From the NCBI GenBank assembly GCA_947624705.1, contig CANQLL010000002.1:1-49515 (forward strand): a stretch of 49,515 nucleotides of DNA, written 5' to 3'. Numbering within the stretch: position 1 is the first letter of the stretch; every line of letters begins with the position of its first letter. This document shows, piece after piece, positions 20,442 to 30,545 of this stretch. A program made the translations under genes and the position numbers. The stretch is from an uncultured Bacilli bacterium. Its GTDB lineage: Bacteria > Bacillota_I > Bacilli_A > RF39 > UBA660. The notes beneath the pieces were generated by a model. The model was not told the DNA's origin and did no database searches. It saw only the letters and a list, made by a program, of their open reading frames with translations.

Positions 20442-22539
20442 GTTGATCATCCTCTACTAATTCAAAATCAACTTGAGCAGTTGCTTTACTAGCCGCAACA
20501 CATTTAACTTTTACCCTATCGCCTAAACGATAAGTTTTTTTTGTTGATTTACCAATTAAAGCCAATAATTCCGGAACATAATTATAGTAATCACCTTTTA
20601 AAGTTTTAATATGTACTAAGCCTTCTACTAAATTTGGTAATTCCACAAATAAACCAAAATTAGTGACCGAAGTAATAAACCCAGGATACTCCTCCCCAAT
20701 ATGATCTTCCATGTATTCTGCCATTTTCATATCATCAACTTCGCGTTCGGCATCAACCGCTGCTCTTTCCCGTTCACTTGAATGCTCGGCAATTTCTACT
20801 AGAGAATTTTCATAATTAGCAATAGTGGTCATACTCATATCTTTTTTAACTAAGTATGTTTTAAGTAAACGATGCACTGTTAAATCGGGAAAACGACGAA
20901 TTGGCGAAGTAAAGTGCGTGTAACTTGGACTAGCTAAACCAAAGTGCCCAATATTTTCTTTACTATAAATAGCTTTTTTCATACTTCGTAAAAGTAATGT
21001 TGATAAAATGGGAAATTCTTTTTTATCTTTTAATTCAGCTAAAATATTTTGCATACCTTTGGGAGTCAAATCAATTTTTTTAGATTTTAAATTATAACCA
21101 AGTAAATGAACTAATGTCATAAATTCATCTATTTTATCACTATTTGGTTTATCATGAACCCGATAGATAAAAGGTAGGCCCATGTTATAAATATGCGTCG
21201 CTACACATTCATTAGCAGCAATCATGAAATCTTCAATTAACATTTCGCCTTCTTTTTGTTCTCTTTTCTTAATATCAATAGCTTTACCAGTTTCATCCTG
21301 AATGATTTTAGCTTCTTCGGCTTCAAAACTTATATAACCGCGTCCTATTTTTCTTTTTCTTAAGATATGAGCCAGTTCATTCATTAAAAGTAAATCATCT
21401 TTAAAATCTTTATATCCTCTTGGACTTTTATGGTCAATTAAAATAGCATTAACATCATCATAATTCATTTTTTTTCTTGATTTAATATAACTTTCAAAAA
21501 TATCATAAGTTACTAAATTGCCTTGAGGATCAATTTCCATAACACAAGACATAGTTAAACGAATTACCCCCTCATTTAAAGAACAAATACCATTTGATAA
21601 TTTATGAGGTAACATCGGAATAACAGTATCAGCTAAATATGAAGATGTCCCGCGATTATAAGCATCATCACCTAAAGCAGTATTTTCTTTAACATAATGA
21701 GAAACATCAGCAATATGAACTCCTAAAATATAATTATTTCCTTTTTTAAAAATGGAAATGGCATCATCAATATCTTTGGTATCTTTACCATCAATGGTAA
21801 AGATACATTCGCCCGTTAAATCTTTACGACCAACTAATTCTTTTGGATCAACTTCATCCGGAATATTTTCTAATTCTTGTAAAACTTCATCACTATATTT
21901 ATCATATATTTCATGTTTATAAGCAATACTTAAAATATCTACTCCTGGATCATCTTTATGTCCTAAAATAGCTAATACTTTACCTAAATATTTATTTTTA
22001 CCTAATTCTTTTTCAATCCCAACTAAAACTTTATGACCTTCCACACAATTATGTAAAGAATCTTTATCTAAAACGACTTCAATATCTTTTTTAGTATCAT
22101 CTAGTTTAAAACCTAAACCATTATCAACTTTAATAAGTTCTCCTACCAAATTTTTAAGTTCACGATTAATAATACGTAATACTCTACCTTCTTTTTTTAA
22201 GGCTTTGGTTTCCACTTCAACTAAAACAATATCACCATCAATTGCGCCATTTAAATTTTTTTTATCGATATAAATATCATCTTCTTTATCCAAGATTAAA
22301 AAACCAAAACCTTTTTTATTGATATCTAATTTACCTATTTTTAAACCAGGGGTATTTTCTAATAAAATATATTTATCTTTTTTAGTTTTATAAATTAAAC
22401 ATTCTTTTTCTAGCTTATTTAATTCATCTAATAATTCTTTATATTCTAAAGAAGTTTTTAAACCTAATAAATCATTTATTTCAATAGGTTCTAAAGCTTT
22501 ATGAATTGGTTTTAAGATTTCAATTATTTTTTCTTTCAT
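20425..22539 (-). CDS. rnr: ribonuclease R
   Basis: Cold-shock-like N-terminal domains, RNB core ([31 protein letters not shown]) and a C-terminal S1 domain. Confidence 0.93.
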   Translation of the reverse strand: MKEKIIEILKPIHKALEPIEINDLLGLKTSLEYKELLDELNKLEKECLIYKTKKDKYILLENTPGLKIGKLDINKKGFGFLILDKEDDIYIDKKNLNGAIDGDIVLVEVETKALKKEGRVLRIINRELKNLVGELIKVDNGLGFKLDDTKKDIEVVLDKDSLHNCVEGHKVLVGIEKELGKNKYLGKVLAILGHKDDPGVDILSIAYKHEIYDKYSDEVLQELENIPDEVDPKELVGRKDLTGECIFTIDGKDTKDIDDAISIFKKGNNYILGVHIADVSHYVKENTALGDDAYNRGTSSYLADTVIPMLPHKLSNGICSLNEGVIRLTMSCVMEIDPQGNLVTYDIFESYIKSRKKMNYDDVNAILIDHKSPRGYKDFKDDLLLMNELAHILRKRKIGRGYISFEAEEAKIIQDETGKAIDIKKREQKEGEMLIEDFMIAANECVATHIYNMGLPFIYRVHDKPNSDKIDEFMTLVHLLGYNLKSKKIDLTPKGMQNILAELKDKKEFPILSTLLLRSMKKAIYSKENIGHFGLASPSYTHFTSPIRRFPDLTVHRLLKTYLVKKDMSMTTIANYENSLVEIAEHSSERERAAVDAEREVDDMKMAEYMEDHIGEEYPGFITSVTNFGLFVELPNLVEGLVHIKTLKGDYYNYVPELLALIGKSTKKTYRLGDRVKVKCVAASKATAQVDFELVEDDQHGNQE

Positions 22540-22587
22540 ATGTATCCCTCTATTTTAATTTTAGCACTTTTGAAAAAGAATTGCAGT

Positions 22588-22619
22588 AAAAAAAGAAACC
22601 TAGTATACACATAGGTTTC
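22588..22619 (-). terminator. strong intrinsic terminator after the 855-aa gene
   Basis: Minus strand reads GGAAACCTA-tgtgtatac-TAGGTTTCT followed by 7 T. Starts 4 nt after the stop codon. Confidence 0.8.
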
Positions 22620-22622
22620 CAT

Positions 22623-25190
22623 TTAACAACCATTAGGGTTCCATTCTTCATCATCACAAAAATCACCATCCCAGTCAACATTTTCACCAGCTTCAGTTCC
22701 AGGTGCAAGTTGACAAAGTATATCATCACTACCCACATTAATATCACAAACATATACTCCACGCTGATAGTTTTTCTGACATTTAACTTTGTCACAATTA
22801 TAACCTTTCGTATTAATTACACTACCCGCACCTTCTAGATAAAAGCTTATTTTATCCCCGGAATATACATTTCCAGACAATTTATAATGGCCACCATCTT
22901 GCGTACTAGCTTGTCCTATACTAGAATTCGCAACAATATTAGTAAATCCTTTAGAAAAATTAAATTTGCTTACAATAATTTGTATTTTTATATTCCCGAT
23001 ATTTCCACAACCAAAACGATCATCATCAGTATCTGGACAAAGTTGAATTTCCCCTAAATCTTTAAAATAAGAATAATTATCGTTCATATTTAGATATTTA
23101 GTATTTACAAAAACAGGTACTAACTTATCAACATTGTCAACAAATTTTTCGATTTTATATGCTTCTAAATTATTTAATCGAGCCTCTAAATTAGTTTTAT
23201 TCATACCACGAATATAGTCAAACAATTCCGTACTAACGCCAAAATACCATATTGGTGTATAAAAATTCAGTTTAAATTCCTCAAACTTTTGGTGATTATC
23301 AGCAATAACTTTCCAAATATATTCCGTATTTTCGGCATCATGACAGTTTGAAACAATACAATGTCTATATCCTTTTATAACTCTTGTAGCTAAAACATCA
23401 TTAAAATTATCAACGCCATTATTGTTAAGTATAGCCGAGCAGTGCAAAGCAGTCATACCATATAAGTAATAAGCTTGAGATAAATCTAATGTAGCCGTAT
23501 TTTTTAATCCTTGAATATTAAATTTTAAAATATCATAGTCACTATCTTTATCAATAATTAATTTAACATTATTATTACTATCTATTTGATATTCTTCTTC
23601 TGATTTTTTTGTTAAACTAGGATCAAATAAGGAATATGTTTCGGAACCGAATTGTGATCTATTTTTATAATGAGAACCATATATTTTAATTTCTTTAGCA
23701 TTTATTGATTGAATTGGTAAGGTTAATTTTAAATATAAATCATCTTCTACTTCAAAAGTGGCATTATCTCCAGCAATGGCCTTAATATCATTCATGTCAT
23801 ATTGAAAATGTCCTGGTAATATTAAGGTTAATTTAATACTTTTAAATTTTACTGTACATTCCATAGAACTATCTACATTTCCTAACTCTAAATATGCTGT
23901 TGTATCTGTATTACTAGTTTGTCTTACTATTTTACTACTATTACTACATTGCAAACTATCAAATATATATCCATCATTTGCCTTAAAAGAATAATTACTA
24001 TTGCTTCCTTTTAAGACATAATATTCATATGGTGTTGTACTACTTCCTTTTCTAGTAGCAGTTGAATTTGTTACCGTTCCATTTTCAACATTTATTTTTA
24101 CAACTGGCATTTCTTCCCAATAAGCATAAATTGTTGTGTTAGAAGTTGCGAATTTATTAGTTAGATTATTTGTTATATTTCCACTTGCATCAATTAATTG
24201 TTTTCCACTACCATTTTGTTTTTCATAATATCCTTTAAATACATAACCTGTTCTTGTTGGTACACTTACTTTTGTTATTGCTTGCGTAACTGTATTATTA
24301 CTATATAATCCTACTGAATATTTTTCATAGATAGTGCTTGTTCCCCCACTTCCACTTTGTTGATTTAAAGAAATTGAGTAAATTCCTTCGGTCCATTTAG
24401 CATATAAAAACAAATCACTAACTACTGTGTGCTCACTATTAGCATTATACTGGACATTTCCACCTTGGATTGTACTCCAACCTAAGAAATTATAACCTGC
24501 TCTATTAGGAATACTGGAACTAATATGAATTAAAGTGTTATATCCTATGCTTTCTATATTATCTGGCATATTAGTAACATTATCGATAGTATCTTTGTTG
24601 TAAGTAACATTATAAAATCCGGTACTCCATCTTGCATATAACGTAGTATTACTTGTTAAAGCAATTCTATCATTTGGTTGATAAACACTTTTATCTTTTT
24701 TATTTTCCCATCCCGAAAATTTATATCCCGCTCTATTAGGAATTTGATTAGAAAGTGAAAATTTACTTAAAGCATCATGGGTTTCTTTACTTGGAGCATT
24801 ATTGCCTCCATTTGCATCATAAGTTAAAGTATACTTTTCTTTAATAGTCCCCTCACACTTACTTTCATCAGCAACTTTTTCCACTACTTCATATATTCCA
24901 TCTTTTTTATTAACTTTAACGAAATAACTTTCATAATCTTTAACAGCATTTTCTTTTAAATATGATTTCTCTAATAACTTTTGAACATTTAAACAATCAG
25001 TTTGAATATGTTCAACTGTAACATAACTCTCTGCTGCAGCCTTTATCAAACTTTCTATTCTCGTTTGTTCTTTATCTTCTTGTTTTTTATTTAAACCAAC
25101 CATATTTATAGCTATAACGCTTCCTATTAAAGCTAGTAAGGCAATTGTTACAATTAATTCTACTAAAGTAAATCCTTTTTTCTTTTTCAT
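22623..25190 (-). CDS. 855-aa modular prepilin-like protein: class III signal + pilin-like head + 3-4 InlB B-repeat (Flg_new) modules + ~490-aa unassigned Cys-rich C-terminal region
   Basis: MKKKKG/FTLVELIVTIALLALIG, with Gly at -1, Phe at +1 and Glu at +5. Residues 120-188, 193-266 and 271-358 repeat the pattern Y.(V/L).Y..(N)GG....P.R.GY.F.GW....LYA(R/K/Y)W. GGTGAG RBS. Confidence 0.7.
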   Translation of the reverse strand: MKKKKGFTLVELIVTIALLALIGSVIAINMVGLNKKQEDKEQTRIESLIKAAAESYVTVEHIQTDCLNVQKLLEKSYLKENAVKDYESYFVKVNKKDGIYEVVEKVADESKCEGTIKEKYTLTYDANGGNNAPSKETHDALSKFSLSNQIPNRAGYKFSGWENKKDKSVYQPNDRIALTSNTTLYARWSTGFYNVTYNKDTIDNVTNMPDNIESIGYNTLIHISSSIPNRAGYNFLGWSTIQGGNVQYNANSEHTVVSDLFLYAKWTEGIYSISLNQQSGSGGTSTIYEKYSVGLYSNNTVTQAITKVSVPTRTGYVFKGYYEKQNGSGKQLIDASGNITNNLTNKFATSNTTIYAYWEEMPVVKINVENGTVTNSTATRKGSSTTPYEYYVLKGSNSNYSFKANDGYIFDSLQCSNSSKIVRQTSNTDTTAYLELGNVDSSMECTVKFKSIKLTLILPGHFQYDMNDIKAIAGDNATFEVEDDLYLKLTLPIQSINAKEIKIYGSHYKNRSQFGSETYSLFDPSLTKKSEEEYQIDSNNNVKLIIDKDSDYDILKFNIQGLKNTATLDLSQAYYLYGMTALHCSAILNNNGVDNFNDVLATRVIKGYRHCIVSNCHDAENTEYIWKVIADNHQKFEEFKLNFYTPIWYFGVSTELFDYIRGMNKTNLEARLNNLEAYKIEKFVDNVDKLVPVFVNTKYLNMNDNYSYFKDLGEIQLCPDTDDDRFGCGNIGNIKIQIIVSKFNFSKGFTNIVANSSIGQASTQDGGHYKLSGNVYSGDKISFYLEGAGSVINTKGYNCDKVKCQKNYQRGVYVCDINVGSDDILCQLAPGTEAGENVDWDGDFCDDEEWNPNGC

Positions 25191-25192
25191 AC

Positions 25193-25591
25193 TTACTCAC
25201 CATTTTTTTGTAATTCATAATTAAAAGTTATTTTTTCATTTTTATCCAAATTACTATATTTTGTATTTAATTCTTCTTGAATAGATATTGAACTTTTTGC
25301 TTTGACATCTTGATCTATTCTTTTTAAAAGATAAACTACTTCTTCTTTTTTATCATCTAAAACCTTGATAACTATTGAATCTAGATGTTCTTCTTTTTTA
25401 GAAGTATTTTTTATTTCAATATCAATATCTATAGTATCTTCATTAATTTTATAATTTTCTTTAGCTACTACAATATTATCCGTTATTTTTTTAGTTTTAC
25501 TATCTTTAACTATTAAAAAAACTATCATTCCAATTAGGGCAATACCAAGAGCAATTCCAATAACTATTAAAATGTTTTTGCTTTTTTTCAT
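25193..25591 (-). CDS. 132-aa N-terminally membrane-anchored protein, beta-rich ectodomain, unknown function
   Basis: A single N-terminal TM (ILIVIGIALGIALIGMIVFLIV) followed by ~100 aa of hydrophilic sequence. The ATG at 25591 is 7 nt after AGGCGG. The stop is 2 nt before the start of the 855-aa gene. Confidence 0.55.
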   Translation of the reverse strand: MKKSKNILIVIGIALGIALIGMIVFLIVKDSKTKKITDNIVVAKENYKINEDTIDIDIEIKNTSKKEEHLDSIVIKVLDDKKEEVVYLLKRIDQDVKAKSSISIQEELNTKYSNLDKNEKITFNYELQKNGE

Positions 25592-25618
25592 TATCACACC
25601 GCCTTATACCTTAAATAA

Positions 25619-25647
25619 ATTATAATTTTTTTTAAGATTAAAATCAA
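25619..25647 (-). promoter_or_regulatory. sigma-A-type promoter TTGATT-17-TATAAT for the two-gene cassette
   Basis: On the minus strand, TTGATT (25642-25647), a 17-nt spacer and TATAAT (25619-25624). Lies immediately downstream of the secG terminator. Confidence 0.6.
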
Positions 25648-25652
25648 GCTTT

Positions 25653-25675
25653 AAAAAAAGAACCACTTAGGTTCC
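25653..25675 (-). terminator. intrinsic terminator after secG
   Basis: Minus strand reads GGAACC-taagt-GGTTCT followed by 7 T. Confidence 0.65.
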
Positions 25676-25894
25676 CTATTTAACAAAAAGTATAAATGAA
25701 ATAACAAAAAATGCTATTCCTAAAATCATGGTAATTCTAGTTATTAATAATTCAACCCCACGTTCTTTTTGTTTTTGAAACAAATTAGCATTACCACCTG
25801 AAATAATTTGACTAGCATCACTAGCTTTATTACTTTGAAGTAAGACAATAGCAATTAATATAACTGAGATAATTAATAAAATAGTTTCTAACAT
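25676..25894 (-). CDS. secG: preprotein translocase subunit SecG
   Basis: Two-TM SecG pattern (VILIAIVLLQS.K...S.I.SGG...LF). The ATG at 25894 has GGAAGTGA upstream. Confidence 0.88.
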   Translation of the reverse strand: MLETILLIISVILIAIVLLQSNKASDASQIISGGNANLFQKQKERGVELLITRITMILGIAFFVISFILFVK

Positions 25895-25952
25895 AAGTTC
25901 ACTTCCGTTTCCGTATATATAATTTATCATAGGTTGACCAATATAGCAAGTT

Positions 25953-26477
25953 TTAATTTTTAATTATTCCATAAGTATGATTTAAATTATCATAGAAAAA
26001 ATAATTAGGGAAAGGATTATAAGTTAAAGAAGCATTTAAAATAAGTATTAATAAAATAATAAATAAACTAATATAATTTAACGTTTTATAATCCCTACTA
26101 TTTAAAATAAAACTAGCTATATATTCTCCTAAACATATACTTAAAAATAAAATAATAATTGTTACAATAAATACTTCTTTAAAAATTAATGTAAAAGGCA
26201 GATAAATAATTAAAAAAGAAATAATGGTACTTAAACTACTTACTAAGAGAGTTGTACTTAAATTTTGATAATTTAGTTTCTTTTTAAAAAAGCTTAAGAT
26301 TAAATAAAAAATACAATAAGAAGTAAAAATCATTTTTAGATGTTCAAAAATACTTTCATTTACCGGAAAGAAAAAACTAATAAATTTAAAAGGAAACCAA
26401 TCATACATAAAATGAGCAGGAAAATTAAAAAGAAAAATAATAATACTACTTATAAATACATATTTTAATTTATTCAT
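25953..26477 (-). CDS. polytopic membrane protein (DUF6512-like)
   Basis: Five or six TM segments. HFMYDWFP...FFPVNESIFEHLK resembles DUF6512. Assigned by pattern only. Confidence 0.5.
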   Translation of the reverse strand: MNKLKYVFISSIIIFLFNFPAHFMYDWFPFKFISFFFPVNESIFEHLKMIFTSYCIFYLILSFFKKKLNYQNLSTTLLVSSLSTIISFLIIYLPFTLIFKEVFIVTIIILFLSICLGEYIASFILNSRDYKTLNYISLFIILLILILNASLTYNPFPNYFFYDNLNHTYGIIKN

Positions 26478-26515
26478 ATTAATATCTTATTTTAAAGTAA
26501 TAAAATTATGTAGAA

Positions 26516-26941
26516 TTATTTTTCTTTTTTAAATACAAACAATTTACTAAAAACATAGTTGGCTATTGTGATAATAACTTGACTAATTAATTTCGCAATT
26601 TTATCATTCATTTTTAAAATAGTAACAGTAAAAAACATTACCCCCATATCCATAAATAAAGTTAAAATACGAGAAGAAACAAAACTAACTGCTTCTTTTT
26701 TTATGTTTTTATTTTTACTTTTAAAAACATATTTTCGATTAGTAACAAATGCAAAAGCAACTGCCCCAATCCAAGAAACGATATTAGCTATTTGTAACTC
26801 AATGGCATTATTAGGGTTTAAAATGGTTAAAACTAAACCATAATAAATAGCTAAACTAACAACTGTTGTTAAAACCCCTACAATTAAATAATTAATAATT
26901 TCTTCATATTTACGATATAATTTTTTTATTTTTTTAAACAT
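26516..26941 (-). CDS. GtrA-family membrane protein (polyprenyl-phosphate-sugar translocation family)
   Basis: Four TM segments. The GtrA pattern NYLIVGVLTT...VSWIGAVAFAFVTNRKYVFKS recurs in the C-terminal half. Confidence 0.8.
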   Translation of the reverse strand: MFKKIKKLYRKYEEIINYLIVGVLTTVVSLAIYYGLVLTILNPNNAIELQIANIVSWIGAVAFAFVTNRKYVFKSKNKNIKKEAVSFVSSRILTLFMDMGVMFFTVTILKMNDKIAKLISQVIITIANYVFSKLFVFKKEK

Positions 26942-26954
26942 AATTTAACCTTCT

Positions 26955-28247
26955 TTATAATAATTCTTTTTCATCATTTTCTAAATGTTTAATAATAATT
27001 TTGCTTTTATTATCCCAAGAATTTTCCCGAGCTTCTTTAGTTAGTAATTGTTGATAAGTTTTATGATTTTTATATTTATAAGCTTGTTCTAAATTTTTTA
27101 AAAATTCTTGATGATTTTTAGCAATATAAACAGATTTATATTTCCGACATTCTGGCATATTTGTAGTAACAATTGGTATATGTAAAGACATATATTCAAA
27201 TAGTTTTAAAGGTGATGTAGCTAATGTTATATTATTAATTTGAAAAGGAATAGTGAGAATATCCATATATTTAGCATAATATTTTAAAACATTATATTTT
27301 TTTACACCCATATAATAAACATTATCCAACTTTTCAATTTGCGAATTATCAAAAGCTTCATCATATTTGACCCCAAATAAAATTATATTATATTTATTTG
27401 TTTTATTAATTTCTTTTATTAATTCATAATCAAACCATTTAGCTAAAGCCCCATAATATCCAACATTAATTTTACCATTATTAATAATTTTTAAATATTC
27501 TTCTTCTACTTTATAATCATTAAATTCTTGGAAAAATTCATAATCTACCCCATTAGTAGCAAAAATTAATTTATTTGGTCCTCTTTTTTCTAAAATATCA
27601 TTATATAATTTATCAGCTGTAGCTACTATATAAACATTATCTTTATCTATAGTAGCATAATTAAATTTATCTAATATATTTTTAGGAATTTCTTTTGTCC
27701 CCGCAATATCGGCACTTAAATCATCTATATATTCATAAATAATTTTATAACCATCTTTAATATATTCTTTTAAATCACTAGCTTTATTTTGCCATTCGGT
27801 TGAATATATTTCCACATATTTAGGTTTACTTACTTTTCTTAATTCTTCATTTAATAATTTAGCATATTCTAAATTATTAAAATTAACTAAATATAATTTA
27901 TCATTTATTTTTTTTAAAGTTTTAACTTTATCTGTAAAAGCTGTAACTTCATAAAATATTAATGTATTACCTTTAGACATAGATGATACCATATGTTGGG
28001 GTCTTTGATATAAAGGCACATCCCAACCAAAATTACTACGCCAAACAATAATTCTTTCATATTTACTATTTAAAATTTTGTTAATTTCTTTTAAATATTT
28101 ATCTTTATTTTTCTTAATATCTAATTTGGGAAAAATATTGATTTTATTTAAATAATTAACTTGAAAAAATTTAATTGTTTTTTGACTTCCTTTAATAAAA
28201 CCATCTTTTTTAAAAACATTAATTAATTTTGTTATTTTATCTTTCAT
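26955..28247 (-). CDS. cytoplasmic glycosyltransferase, TuaH-like GT-B fold
   Basis: LYQRPQHM motif near the N-terminus and a GT-B C-terminal half (YYGALAKWFDYELI...). No TM segments. The specific family is uncertain. Confidence 0.6.
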   Translation of the reverse strand: MKDKITKLINVFKKDGFIKGSQKTIKFFQVNYLNKINIFPKLDIKKNKDKYLKEINKILNSKYERIIVWRSNFGWDVPLYQRPQHMVSSMSKGNTLIFYEVTAFTDKVKTLKKINDKLYLVNFNNLEYAKLLNEELRKVSKPKYVEIYSTEWQNKASDLKEYIKDGYKIIYEYIDDLSADIAGTKEIPKNILDKFNYATIDKDNVYIVATADKLYNDILEKRGPNKLIFATNGVDYEFFQEFNDYKVEEEYLKIINNGKINVGYYGALAKWFDYELIKEINKTNKYNIILFGVKYDEAFDNSQIEKLDNVYYMGVKKYNVLKYYAKYMDILTIPFQINNITLATSPLKLFEYMSLHIPIVTTNMPECRKYKSVYIAKNHQEFLKNLEQAYKYKNHKTYQQLLTKEARENSWDNKSKIIIKHLENDEKELL

Positions 28248-28301
28248 AGGAAAACCTCTAAATTTATTTTAGCATTATTTTGCATTTTATTCTATAAAAG
28301 T

Positions 28302-30491
28302 CTATAAGAAAAACTTACTTTTTTGGTACAAGATGTATCCTACCAAAGCAATCGCTGTTATAAACAGTCCTATTTTTAAACCATAAGGAAAATAACTAAA
28401 TTTTATCTTATTAGTTCCTTTTGCTACTTTAATAGCCATCATACCATTATCTACTTTTTCAACAGGAACCCTTTTTTTATTAACTTTTGCTTTCCAGCCC
28501 TTATCATATGGTATAGTATAAATTACTAAAGCATCTTGATTAGTTTTGATTGTCGAAGTAAAACTATTTTTACCAAATTCAAAATCGGTATTTGTATAAT
28601 ATTCATCTTGATGAAATAAATTTTTATATTTTTTTATCTGTTTAGTATTTAAAACAACCTTTTCATTTAAAGTTTCTAATTTTTCTTCATTACTTAATTT
28701 ATTAAAAGCTTTTTCATTTAGATAATCATTAACAATAAAACCTAAAGGTTTAGCTTCTTTATTGATATAAATATTATAATCAATTTTATTTTGATAAAAT
28801 TGATAACCATCTTTGCTTAAATTAGCATCTCCACAATCTATAAAATATTTTATAGATAAGAAATCATTTAATAATTTCTTATCTGCAGGAATTTCTGTTA
28901 CTACATATCTTTCATAGCCATAACTTTGATAAAATTCATTAGCACTATTACTGACATTACTATTCCAACTATTAACATTTTTCATATCGTATAAATAACT
29001 AATATTTAATAAACAATTATTAGTATTATAACGAGTATTTTTCTCTAAGTTAAAATCTATATTACCCATAAGATAATTATAATAAGTTTCATCTACTTTA
29101 AATTGGTTAAATTTATAACGATAGGTTACATAATTACCACTAAAAGTAATACTTAGCATAATTAAAATAATATAAGTATTTATTTTCCACTTTTCCTTTT
29201 TGATAAAAGTTAAGCCAAAAGTTAAAATTAAATTAACTATTGCTAAAGTTACCATATATATTAAATTACGGGAATTATAAACAACTTGATGATTGTTAGA
29301 ATAAATAAGTAAAATTAAAAAATAAATAATAGCTCCACTAATAAACAAAATCACACTTTTCTTAAGAGGTATTTTTTCTTCTAAAGCTTTAATACTAGCT
29401 AAGCTCATAATCAAAATTAACATGTAAAACCAACGCGCGTAGTACGTAGGATTAAAAGCGAAAAAGATACTATTTAATATAGGAACAAACATTATAATTA
29501 TTAAAATTAATATTAAAATACTTTCCCATTTTTTAGGATGTTTTAATAGATAAGTTAAAGTAAATATAAAACCAATTAAGGGAAGATATAGTTCTAAGCT
29601 AACAAAATCAACGTTATTAAGCAAAGCTTTAGAATGCATTATCTCCGGAGGCAAAAAGAAAGCTCTTAATAATTCTAAATAACGAGATGAATCAGAGTAG
29701 ATAAAAGCATTTTTTAATTTCCAATGCTTGCCAATTCTAGGATTTCCTAAAGTTAACAAAAGAGAAGGAACTAAAACAATTGCTGCCAATAAAGTTCCTA
29801 AAAGACCTTCAATAATAATCATTTTCAATTTTTTAAAATCAAATTTATAATCTTTGATAAATATTTTAACTAAATAATAAATAATTAGAAAAAATACTTG
29901 GCCAATAAAGAAAAACCAATTGGTAAAAGCACATAAAGCAACAGCTAAGGCAAATCTTCCTTTTTTATTATCATAGATTAAATTATCTAAGGTATATAAA
30001 AGCAAAGGAAAGAAAGCCACAGCATCATGAAAATGATAAAACAAAATGTTTGTTAATTGGAAACCCGAAAAAGTATATAATAAGCAACCTATTATTGCAT
30101 ACTGTGGGTTTTTAACATATCGTTTTAAAAATAAATAAGAGCTAAGACCTGCTACACCATATTTTAAAATATAAATTGGCCCGACTAAATAAACAAAAAA
30201 GTCTGCCGGAAACAAAAAGCCAATTAGATTAAAAGGACTAAACAAATTATAAAAACTAAAGGTGGCAATAAAATTACTCCCTAAATCATTACGCCATGTC
30301 CACCAAAATTCACCATTTTTAATAGCTTCATTCATAACCTTATTAAAAGGAATTTGTTGCAAATTAAAATCAGATAATAACGTATAAATGCTTTTTCCTC
30401 CTAAAATAATATTAGGAACAACAATTAAACAACCTAAGGCTAAAGATAATAAAAAAGCAATAAGTCCATATTTTTTAGCTAATTTTTTCAT
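28302..30491 (-). CDS. YfhO-family GT-C membrane glycosyltransferase
   Basis: About 13 TM segments plus a C-terminal extracytoplasmic domain and a final TM, with YfhO-like length and layout. The ATG at 30491 has GAGGTGAAAG upstream. Confidence 0.78.
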   Translation of the reverse strand: MKKLAKKYGLIAFLLSLALGCLIVVPNIILGGKSIYTLLSDFNLQQIPFNKVMNEAIKNGEFWWTWRNDLGSNFIATFSFYNLFSPFNLIGFLFPADFFVYLVGPIYILKYGVAGLSSYLFLKRYVKNPQYAIIGCLLYTFSGFQLTNILFYHFHDAVAFFPLLLYTLDNLIYDNKKGRFALAVALCAFTNWFFFIGQVFFLIIYYLVKIFIKDYKFDFKKLKMIIIEGLLGTLLAAIVLVPSLLLTLGNPRIGKHWKLKNAFIYSDSSRYLELLRAFFLPPEIMHSKALLNNVDFVSLELYLPLIGFIFTLTYLLKHPKKWESILILILIIIMFVPILNSIFFAFNPTYYARWFYMLILIMSLASIKALEEKIPLKKSVILFISGAIIYFLILLIYSNNHQVVYNSRNLIYMVTLAIVNLILTFGLTFIKKEKWKINTYIILIMLSITFSGNYVTYRYKFNQFKVDETYYNYLMGNIDFNLEKNTRYNTNNCLLNISYLYDMKNVNSWNSNVSNSANEFYQSYGYERYVVTEIPADKKLLNDFLSIKYFIDCGDANLSKDGYQFYQNKIDYNIYINKEAKPLGFIVNDYLNEKAFNKLSNEEKLETLNEKVVLNTKQIKKYKNLFHQDEYYTNTDFEFGKNSFTSTIKTNQDALVIYTIPYDKGWKAKVNKKRVPVEKVDNGMMAIKVAKGTNKIKFSYFPYGLKIGLFITAIALVGYILYQKSKFFL

Positions 30492-30545
30492 TACTTTCAC
30501 CTCGTAAATTAATCTTATCATTTATTGTAAGAACAAACCCAAAAT

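Noticed and set aside
22550-22795. 81-aa minus-strand ORF overlapping the 3' end of the 855-aa gene and its terminator
   Set aside because: It is out of frame with the long ORF, runs through the terminator hairpin, and has no RBS or recognisable family.
30492-30521. Longer N-terminal extensions proposed by the ORF track. Affected genes are yfhO (shown here), the oxidoreductase (31842-31964), dinD (7646-7711), secG (25895-25930), cdaR (19051-19092), rplP, rpsC, ligA, gpmI and clpP.
   Set aside because: In each case an internal ATG, GTG or TTG has a properly spaced Shine-Dalgarno and restores the canonical family N-terminus. The extension either lacks an RBS or overlaps the upstream gene or promoter.
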